64,000 nt of DNA from an archaeon (GTDB lineage: Archaea; Iainarchaeota; Iainarchaeia; Iainarchaeales; JAAZKV01). Location: contig JBAZUY010000001.1 in NCBI GenBank assembly GCA_041661245.1, forward strand, positions 156,355 to 220,354, given 5' to 3'. Both the position numbers and the translations under genes were made by a program. This document shows, one piece after another, positions 56,438 through 64,000 of this stretch. Each line of letters begins with the position of its first letter. Within the stretch, counting starts at the first letter, position 1. The notes beneath the pieces were generated by a model that worked only from the letters and a program-made list of their open reading frames with translations, made no database searches and was not told the DNA's origin.

Positions 56438-59098
56438 TTACTTCTTCTTTCCTTTAGCATCTTTTGCAGCCATCTTTTCTTTGATTGCAGCGTGCGCAGC
56501 AGCTAATCTAGCAATAGGCACACGATATGGTGAGCAACTTACATTACTCATTCCGATTCTGTGACAGAATTCAACAGTAGCTGGATCTCCACCGTGTTCT
56601 CCGCAAATTCCAATATCGATGTTTTTATTCACGCCTCTTGCGAGTGCAACTGTTTGCTTCATCAATAGTCCAACACCTTCTTGGTCGATTGATTGGAATG
56701 GATCTCTTGCATAAATTCCTTTCTCAACGTATTTGCCTAAGAATTTACCTGCATCGTCTCTTGAGAATCCGCAAGTCATTTGAGTTAAATCATTTGTTCC
56801 AAATGACATGAACTCAGCTTCTTTTGCTAATACATCTGCTGTTAATGCAGCTCTAGGAACTTCAATCATTGTTCCAACAGTGTAGTGAACTTTTCCTTTA
56901 GCTCCAGTTTCTTTTGCAACTCTGTGTGTCAATGCAGCTAATGGAGAATATTCCTTAATGTTTCCAACGATTGGGATTTCTATTTCAGGAATTGCTTTAA
57001 TTCCTTTCTTAGTTACGTTCATCGCTGCGTTAAAGATTGCTCTTACTTGCATTTCCATTATTTCTGGATAAACAACAGCTAAACGACATCCTCTGAATCC
57101 AAGCATTGGGTTGAATTCGTGAAGAGATGCTATTGTATCAACTATTGCTTTAGGAGTTGTGTTTAACTCTTTTGCAATTTCTTCTATTTCTTTTACTTGA
57201 TCTTCTTTTGGCAAGAATTCGTGCAATGGAGGATCAAGCATTCTAATTATTACTGGTAATCCATTCATTGCTGTAAAGATTCCTTCAAAGTCTTCTTGTT
57301 GGTAAGGCTCAATTTTTGCTAAAGCTTTCTTTCTACCTTCAAGATCTTTTGCTAGAATCATTTCTCTAACAGCTTTGATTCTTGTTGCTTCGAAGAACAT
57401 GTGTTCAGTTCTAACTAGTCCGATTCCTTCTGCTCCAAATCCTCTTGCAATCTTTGCATCATTTGGTGTATCAGCGTTTGTTCTAACCTTTAGTGTTCTA
57501 AATGAATCTGCCCAACTCATTAAAGTTGCGAAGTCTCCACTTAAAGTTGGTTCAACAACAGGAACTTTTCCAATTATTACGTGACCAGTTGATCCGTTTA
57601 ATGAAATGTAGTCTCCTTCTTTTACTACTGTTGTTCCGCAAGTGAATTTCTTTCCTTTTTCATCCACTGTTAATTCGTCACATCCAGCAACACAGCACTT
57701 ACCCATTCCTCTTGCAACAACCGCAGCGTGAGAAGTCATTCCCCCTCTTGCAGTTAATATTCCAACTGATGAGTGCATTCCTTCAATATCTTCAGGAGAA
57801 GTTTCTAGTCTTACTAAAATTACTTTTTCTCCGTTTTCTGCTTGAAGTTTTGCTTCTTCTGCTGTGAAAACAACTTTTCCTACAGCTGCACCTGGTGAAG
57901 CTGGAAGTCCAGTAGTTAAATTCTTAGCATCTTTTAGCGCTTTAGTATCAAATTGTTTGTGTAGTAATTGATCTAGTGAAGCTGGATCTACTCTTAGTAC
58001 TCCTTCTTCTTTAGTAATCAATTTTTCGTTAACCATATCAACTGCGATTTTTACAGCAGCTGGTGCAGTTCTCTTTCCGTTTCTAGTTTGAAGCATGTAC
58101 AATTTTTCGTGTTCGATAGTGAATTCGAAATCTTGCATATCCTTGTAGTGCTTTTCTAGTTTAGATCTAATTTCAACTAATTCTTTGTAAACTTTTGGTA
58201 GAACTTTATCAAGTTCTTCAACTTTCTTTGGTGTTCTAATTCCTGCAACAACATCTTCTCCTTGTGCGTTCATTAAGAACTCTCCGTAGAATTTGTTTTC
58301 TCCAGTTGATGGGTTTCTAGTAAAAGCAACTCCAGTACCAGAATCGTCCCCAGTGTTTCCGAAAACCATTTCTTGAATATTAACAGCAGTACCCCAATCA
58401 CTTGGAACGTTGTTTAATCTTCGGTAAACTATAGCTCTATCGTTCATCCATGATCTAAATACAGCGTCTCTTGATCTCTTTAATTGTTCAATTGGATCTT
58501 GAGGGAAACTTTCTTTTGTTTCTTTTTTATAAATTTCTTTAAACTTTTCAACTAATTCTTTTAACATAGGGATTGTCATTTCTGTATCAAGTTTGATTTT
58601 GTTTTTGTGTTTTATTTCATCCATTGCGTGTTCGAATTTCATTCTGTCTACTTCCATTACAACATCAGCAAACATAGTGATGAATCTTCTGTATGAATCA
58701 AGAACAAATCTTTCGTTCTTTGTTGCTTTAATCATTGTAGCAGCAACAACATCGTTCATTCCTAAATTTAATATTGTGTCCATCATTCCTGGCATTGAAG
58801 CTGGAGCTCCAGATCTAACAGAAACTAATAAAGGGTTTTTTGTATCATTAAATTTTTTTCCAGTTTTCTTTTCAAGTTTTTTAACAGCTGTCATCATTTG
58901 TTCGTCAACAGCAGGAGTGTGTTTTTTTCCGTTTGCGTAATAAGCTTTACAAACATCAGTAGTAATAGTAAAACCGTATGGAACTGGTAATCCAGTGTTA
59001 GTCATTTCTGCTAAGTTAGCTCCTTTTCCACCAAGAAGTACTTTCATTGATCTGTCTCCTTCTTCAAACATGTACACTAATTTTTCTGCTTTAGCCAT
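56438..59098 (-). CDS. ppdK: Pyruvate, phosphate dikinase
   Basis: LGGKGANLAEM, SVRSGA, GGMTSHAAVVARG, RTEHMF, GTNDLTQ, GICGEHGG. Confidence 0.97.
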   Translation of the reverse strand: MAKAEKLVYMFEEGDRSMKVLLGGKGANLAEMTNTGLPVPYGFTITTDVCKAYYANGKKHTPAVDEQMMTAVKKLEKKTGKKFNDTKNPLLVSVRSGAPASMPGMMDTILNLGMNDVVAATMIKATKNERFVLDSYRRFITMFADVVMEVDRMKFEHAMDEIKHKNKIKLDTEMTIPMLKELVEKFKEIYKKETKESFPQDPIEQLKRSRDAVFRSWMNDRAIVYRRLNNVPSDWGTAVNIQEMVFGNTGDDSGTGVAFTRNPSTGENKFYGEFLMNAQGEDVVAGIRTPKKVEELDKVLPKVYKELVEIRSKLEKHYKDMQDFEFTIEHEKLYMLQTRNGKRTAPAAVKIAVDMVNEKLITKEEGVLRVDPASLDQLLHKQFDTKALKDAKNLTTGLPASPGAAVGKVVFTAEEAKLQAENGEKVILVRLETSPEDIEGMHSSVGILTARGGMTSHAAVVARGMGKCCVAGCDELTVDEKGKKFTCGTTVVKEGDYISLNGSTGHVIIGKVPVVEPTLSGDFATLMSWADSFRTLKVRTNADTPNDAKIARGFGAEGIGLVRTEHMFFEATRIKAVREMILAKDLEGRKKALAKIEPYQQEDFEGIFTAMNGLPVIIRMLDPPLHEFLPKEDQVKEIEEIAKELNTTPKAIVDTIASLHEFNPMLGFRGCRLAVVYPEIMEMQVRAIFNAAMNVTKKGIKAIPEIEIPIVGNIKEYSPLAALTHRVAKETGAKGKVHYTVGTMIEVPRAALTADVLAKEAEFMSFGTNDLTQMTCGFSRDDAGKFLGKYVEKGIYARDPFQSIDQEGVGLLMKQTVALARGVNKNIDIGICGEHGGDPATVEFCHRIGMSNVSCSPYRVPIARLAAAHAAIKEKMAAKDAKGKKK

Positions 59099-59250
59099 AT
59101 TTAATCCCCCATAAAAATAATTGAACTTTTTGAAAATCCACCAGACTTTCTTCTGAATAGATTGGGAAAAAAAGGTTAATAAAGGTAAGTAAAGGCTTTG
59201 ACTTAACTATAAAATGTCCCTAAAATAGAGTAGAATTAATTTATTAGTCC

Positions 59251-60867
59251 TTAACCAGTTATATTACTTTGAGTGACATTAATATCATATATTTTTCCAA
59301 CTGTTTCCCATCCCCAACTCATTCCTACTCCACCATATGCTAAGGGGTATTCTCCAGCGCCATAAACTGTGTCATTAAAATCCATGGTCTCGTGCCCATT
59401 AACTGTAACTCTTGTTCTGTTTCCATCAACTTCAATCTTAATGTGATTTATTCCAGTATTAGTGTAAGCTGCAATATTTCCTGAAGCCAAACTAACTCCA
59501 ACACCATGTTTAGGATTATCATATCCTGTTCCTTCAATCCAATAATCATGACTTCTTCCAAATCCCCACTCTCCTTTAGTGGAAGATCCAGGGCAATCAG
59601 CCGTTTGTAATGAAAAAGAATACCCTGTGCTCACAGGACTATTCCAACTCTCTTGTCCATTCACTGTTCTAAAAGCAAAAGTTGAACCCCTATAACAAGA
59701 AGGAATCCAATGTGGGTTAAAACTTCCCACTGCTAAATTCTCATAATCTACTTCCATAGTATAACTCGTCCAATTAGTATCTCCAATGTGAGTCATTATA
59801 GTTGCACTTCTTCCATTTCCCCAGTGACCATAATTAAATCCAACTCTTGATGCTGAGACTACATTTAAACTTCCACTCGATTGTCCAAATTGAAATCTCC
59901 ATAAATTCCAATTAGAATCAATTGTGCCTGAGTCAAAATTGTCGGAGAATAATACTGGAGAAATAGGAATGTGATAAGAAATATTTCTATCAGAAGCCGC
60001 ACTTGCAGAATTAACTGCAGTGTAACAAGTTACATTCCAATTATAATCCCCCTCGCTTGGAAGAGAATAATTAATTGAATAATTTGTATCAGAAAGAAGA
60101 AGAGAATTAATCAAAATATGATTTGCATCAAGATTAGAATTTATTTTCAAATTACAATCCAAAACATTCGCATCTAAACTTGCAACAGCAAAGTTAAACT
60201 CAACAATTCCATTCACAGTAATATTCCCATCAACAGGACTTAGCAGACTAACTATTGGAGGTCTAATTATTGGAACTTCAATTGGAACTACCACATTTTC
60301 ATCAGCCAAATCTAACGCACTAATACAAGTTATTGTTGTACTTATTTTGTAATTGTGATCAATTCCATATTCGCTAGTTCCATAAAAAATTATTTCACAA
60401 GTTTTTGTTTGGCCAACAAAACCATCACAACTACAAGCACTCCCCAAATCATCTAACAAAAATCCATCTTTTCCAAATGAAGACCAATCAGTATCTCTGG
60501 TGTTTACTTCTTTACCATCAACATTTATTCCTGTAATAGTCAAACCTGCGCCAGTGTTATTTCCCGCAGCAATATATCCTCGCCCATTAACATCAATTAC
60601 TGCCTCACTAATACTAATGGCGCCGCTAGTCTGAGAAATTTGCCCAGAAGCAGAAGAAATAGTACCCGCAGAACCAGAACCTGTTGAAGAAATCAATCCA
60701 ACAACAACTAAACTCAAAACAACAACAACCCCAATAATCACCAAATACTCAACAGTACCCTGTGCTGATGCCTGCGCCTCAAAAGGTGCACAGGACAGGC
60801 CTTGTCCTAAAGAGAGGGCTCTCCCCCTACAGGAGGGCTTGGAAGTAGAAACTGACTTACTTTTCAT
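59251..60867 (-). CDS. Class III signal peptide (pilin-like) protein with Ig-like and ConA/DUF1080-like domains
   Basis: AQ/GTVEYLVIIGVVVVLSLVVVGL; LFSDNFDSG...HIKIEVDGN. Confidence 0.8.
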   Translation of the reverse strand: MKSKSVSTSKPSCRGRALSLGQGLSCAPFEAQASAQGTVEYLVIIGVVVVLSLVVVGLISSTGSGSAGTISSASGQISQTSGAISISEAVIDVNGRGYIAAGNNTGAGLTITGINVDGKEVNTRDTDWSSFGKDGFLLDDLGSACSCDGFVGQTKTCEIIFYGTSEYGIDHNYKISTTITCISALDLADENVVVPIEVPIIRPPIVSLLSPVDGNITVNGIVEFNFAVASLDANVLDCNLKINSNLDANHILINSLLLSDTNYSINYSLPSEGDYNWNVTCYTAVNSASAASDRNISYHIPISPVLFSDNFDSGTIDSNWNLWRFQFGQSSGSLNVVSASRVGFNYGHWGNGRSATIMTHIGDTNWTSYTMEVDYENLAVGSFNPHWIPSCYRGSTFAFRTVNGQESWNSPVSTGYSFSLQTADCPGSSTKGEWGFGRSHDYWIEGTGYDNPKHGVGVSLASGNIAAYTNTGINHIKIEVDGNRTRVTVNGHETMDFNDTVYGAGEYPLAYGGVGMSWGWETVGKIYDINVTQSNITG

Positions 60868-60950
60868 ACTAGAATGTTGTCCAAAGAAGTATATAATGTT
60901 TTTTAGTCCTCACAAAACGATTATTAATCAAGTAAACAAATAATACTATT

Positions 60951-61544
60951 ATGGCAACCACTCAACCAAAACCGGGTAAAGGAGGACTAAGAGTACTTGC
61001 TGCAAGAAACCAAAAGTATCACTTGACCGCTCCAAGGACAATAGAAAGAAGTGTCATTGTGAAAGCCAGATTAGGAAGAGTAAGAAGAAATTATTTGAGT
61101 GAACTAAGCAAAAGAAAAGGACTTGAATGGGTTAACACAAGAACCCCCTTAGGAACAATTGCTAATAAATCAGGCTATGAATTAATTGGAACAGGAATCA
61201 AAGGAATACCAATAAAAATTATTCCCCTAAAACGCGAAATCACTTTAGATCAAATAAAACCAGAACCACACAAAATTGCATTTATTCTTGATCCACTTGG
61301 AAGAATAAGATTCTTTTGCGCAAAAGATGTTTGGAGCAGACACTTGGAATGGAACGAAATAAGACAATTCAAAGTTTTACCAGGAAATAAGCCTGTTTTA
61401 GAAGCAAAAGAAATGGAATTAGCTTCATCCGCGACTCAAGAAGATTATGACATACACCTTGAACTTAACAAACACCGACACTCCATTAGTTACATTAAAC
61501 AAAACGCAATAAGAACACTAATTTTGTTAAGAAGACTACTTTAA
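60951..61544 (+). CDS. Basic hypothetical protein
   Basis: 197 aa ORF with Arg/Lys-rich N-terminus. Confidence 0.55.
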   Translation: MATTQPKPGKGGLRVLAARNQKYHLTAPRTIERSVIVKARLGRVRRNYLSELSKRKGLEWVNTRTPLGTIANKSGYELIGTGIKGIPIKIIPLKREITLDQIKPEPHKIAFILDPLGRIRFFCAKDVWSRHLEWNEIRQFKVLPGNKPVLEAKEMELASSATQEDYDIHLELNKHRHSISYIKQNAIRTLILLRRLL

Positions 61545-61585
61545 TAAAAAAAAAATAAAAACGATTAGAAACTTAATATAATTGA

Positions 61586-61669
61586 TGCACGGGGACGGGA
61601 TCGAACCGTCGAACGCACTAAGCGGCAGGGTCCTAAACCCTGTGGGTTTGACCGCTCCCCAACCCGTGC
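61586..61669 (-). tRNA. tRNA-Leu (TAG)
   Basis: GCACGGG/CCCGTGC acceptor, A discriminator, CAGGG-TTTAGGA-CCCTG, long variable arm. Confidence 0.93.
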
Positions 61670-61812
61670 AAATAATTCTAACTCGCACTTAGTGCAAGTC
61701 TAGTCAATAAAATATTAATCCAAAGGACCTTTTATAAAAGTTGCTAGAAGCCGCAAAACTAAGTCAAAAAACTACTTCTTAGCGATTTTTTTAAATTTTC
61801 TACTACTAAGTA

Positions 61813-62598
61813 TTACTTTGACTCCCAATGAACAATTCGTTTTTCTAAAAAAATTATTAGTTTATTCAAAAAATAACCAATTAACCCAATAAGCAAAACT
61901 ACGGCGTAAAGTTTCGCCATATCATAAGAATACGCTGCATCAATAAGCACTTTCCCAAGACCGTGAGTAGTTCCCACAAACATTTCAGTAACTATTATTA
62001 CTACAATTGCAAGACTTGATGCAGCCCTTAATCCAACAAATATTGTAGGAAGCGCTTCCATTAAACGAACTTGAAAAAATATTTCAAACTGGGTTTTGTG
62101 CAAACTTCTCGCAACAAGCAAATACCCTTGCGTTGTGCTCCTCAAACCTTTTGCAACATGAAGCGCAAGGTAAATTGCACAAATCCACGCAGCAAGTGCA
62201 AGACTAGTAGAATCCCCCGCACCAAGAATGATTATGCACAACGGAAACAAAGCTGTTGCAGGAATACTTCTAAAAAAATCAAGCAAAGGAGAGAATGCAT
62301 CATAAATTTTTGTTGAATGAGCTAAAATTATTCCCATAACAAAACCAATAATGCCCCCAAATACTATCGCAATAACAATCTTTAGCAAAGTACTAACTAA
62401 ATCAATTACCATTTCATTTGAAAAGAATAATTCTACACCGCGTGTGAGTACTGCAAACGGATTAGGAAACAAAAATGAATTCACTACTCCGCTTAGGGAA
62501 ACTATTTCCCAAAGAAGCACAAGCAACACTGCACCCATGTAATGCAATGGATTGAAATTCGTCAAGTGATTTTTGTTTATTGTGTTCATAATATTCAC
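61813..62598 (-). CDS. ABC transporter permease, SsuC/TauC type
   Basis: FFRSIPATALFP, VTEMFVG..GLG. Confidence 0.9.
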   Translation of the reverse strand: MNIMNTINKNHLTNFNPLHYMGAVLLVLLWEIVSLSGVVNSFLFPNPFAVLTRGVELFFSNEMVIDLVSTLLKIVIAIVFGGIIGFVMGIILAHSTKIYDAFSPLLDFFRSIPATALFPLCIIILGAGDSTSLALAAWICAIYLALHVAKGLRSTTQGYLLVARSLHKTQFEIFFQVRLMEALPTIFVGLRAASSLAIVVIIVTEMFVGTTHGLGKVLIDAAYSYDMAKLYAVVLLIGLIGYFLNKLIIFLEKRIVHWESK

Positions 62599-63359
62599 TG
62601 CCCCCTTGTTAGAATTTCATAAACTTGTTTTCTTATCCCAAGAAATGCATCGGAGTAACGCATTTCGCTTGTGCGTCTTGGCCCTAGCCCAACAGAAATT
62701 ACTGCAACAATTGATGAAGGCTTTTCTGAGAGAATAACTATTTTATCTGAAAATAAAACTGCAGTATCAATATCATGTGAAACAATTACAGCAGTATTAT
62801 TTCCATCCTTAAGTTTGAAAAATGCATTTTCAACTATTTTGCTATTTGATTGATCAAGACCTGTTAAGGGTTCGTCAAATAATAAAATATCTGAGATTGC
62901 TGAAGCTCTGGCTATTCCAACCATTTGCTTTAAACCACCAGATAATTGATAAGGATAAAACAAAGCATAATCGCTAATCCAAAAATCGGCCAATTTATTT
63001 AATGCAATAGAATCATTATTGGATTTACTATCAGAAAGAGCAAAGGCAATATTTTCTTTTGAATTAAACCAAGGAAGTAAAGTGTTATTGCTTTGAGGCA
63101 AATAACCAACTTTCATATTTTTTTGATCAATTCCGTGAAACAAAACTTTTCCAGAATCTGCACTATCAAGCCCTGCAATTATTCTTAGCAATGTTGATTT
63201 ACCACAACCATTTGGCCCCAAGATAGAAACGAATTCTCCTTTTTGGATTTTTATGGAAAGATTGTTAAGGACAGGAAGTTTTTTTTGCCCTTGACTAGTC
63301 ACATATGATTTTGAAATTTTATTCAAAACAATTTGTTCAACCATATTCAACCCCCCCAA
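62595..63359 (-). CDS. ABC transporter ATP-binding protein
   Basis: GPNGCGKST, YPYQLSGG, LFDEP. Confidence 0.92.
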   Translation of the reverse strand: MGGLNMVEQIVLNKISKSYVTSQGQKKLPVLNNLSIKIQKGEFVSILGPNGCGKSTLLRIIAGLDSADSGKVLFHGIDQKNMKVGYLPQSNNTLLPWFNSKENIAFALSDSKSNNDSIALNKLADFWISDYALFYPYQLSGGLKQMVGIARASAISDILLFDEPLTGLDQSNSKIVENAFFKLKDGNNTAVIVSHDIDTAVLFSDKIVILSEKPSSIVAVISVGLGPRRTSEMRYSDAFLGIRKQVYEILTRGQ

Positions 63360-63386
63360 TTCTTTTTTTATATAAAAAATATGTTT

Positions 63387-63500
63387 TCAACGTTTAGCGT
63401 AGCACGATTTACAATAATGCTTTAGGCCACTTGCATGGAAGACACCGATGTAATCAGTGGTCTCTATTCCGCAAACATTACAAACTTCAGCATCCTCCAT
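63387..63500 (-). CDS. 37-aa zinc-finger microprotein
   Basis: MEDAEVCNVCGIETTDYIGVFHASGLKHYCKSCYAKR (two CxxC); below ORF-track cutoff. Confidence 0.65.
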   Translation of the reverse strand: MEDAEVCNVCGIETTDYIGVFHASGLKHYCKSCYAKR

Positions 63501-63549
63501 ACATTATCCCCCCATAATATTTTACTTATTTTTTTAATTTCTCTATCGC

Positions 63550-64000
63550 CTAGTTCCTGATTAAAATTGTTCTAACATCCGGCGCACTTTTGATTACATT
63601 GTAATCCACAAATACGTTCACGAACTTTTGGTACGCACTAATTACTGATTCATTTGCATCCGAACTCAAAACCATTAATGGAGTTGGAGTTTTCTTTGCA
63701 ACAGCCTCAGGCAAAGACAAATACTTTACCAAGTATTCTCTTGTTGCTACATTTGAATCAGTTTCTTTAATTGCTTCACCCATTACTTTGATGAATGCTT
63801 TTGCTTCAGTTGGATGTGCATTCATAAAACTTGAAGTGATTACTCCTGCCCCTCCACACCAAGGATCTGCAACATTTTTTACTAAAGGATTAGCTACTAA
63901 GAGTTTTGATACTCCTTTGAACTCCCCAAGTGTTGAAGTTGGTTCAAGAGTAAGGACCGCATCAACTGCTCCTGAAGCAAGACTAGTTAATTGATTTGGA
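63550..64000 (-). CDS. ABC substrate-binding protein, SsuA/NMT1 type, C-terminal part
   Basis: Frame open to window end (LASGAVDAVLTLEP...FMNAHPTEAKAF); upstream of ATPase and permease. Confidence 0.8.
   Translation of the reverse strand, partial: PNQLTSLASGAVDAVLTLEPTSTLGEFKGVSKLLVANPLVKNVADPWCGGAGVITSSFMNAHPTEAKAFIKVMGEAIKETDSNVATREYLVKYLSLPEAVAKKTPTPLMVLSSDANESVISAYQKFVNVFVDYNVIKSAPDVRTILIRN

Noticed and set aside
3553..63994. Many short antisense or alternate-frame ORFs in the track (e.g. 4343..4843, 5727..6062, 8346..8582, 58593..58940)
   Set aside because: Nested within well-supported genes, with composition typical of shadow frames.

Overview
AT-rich, gene-dense archaeal window. It most resembles a DPANN archaeon (Iainarchaeota/Diapherotrites-like is my inference). 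Support: archaeal ValRS, DRG GTPase, TrmB and Bat regulators, class III signal peptides, TATA boxes about 28 nt before leaderless starts, a C/D-box sRNA, and tRNAs without encoded CCA. It holds housekeeping genes (valS, bacterial-type metK, ppdK, P-type ATPase), bacterial-type uvrA/B/C, two nitrate/sulfonate-type ABC operons, four regulator/divergent-target modules, surface proteins, a RelE-type toxin-antitoxin pair, and a defence-like cluster (MutH/Sau3AI-type RM, HEPN-like and PD-(D/E)XK genes). Three tRNAs are present: Trp-CCA, Leu-TAG and an unusual Ser-ACT. The most striking unexplained signal is a CCGGCAAA box fixed 22-24 bp upstream of the TATA box of uvrA, uvrB, a DNA-repair radical SAM gene, a Bro-N gene, the TA pair and the DNA methyltransferase, a candidate SOS-like regulon. 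Other leads: an unannotated RHH gene with 11-bp tandem sites beside metK, a secreted peptidoglycan-hydrolase-like protein, short palindromic insertions, D-x-N-x-S/T sequon bias, and several microproteins. All calls come from reading motifs by eye; no database searches were run.
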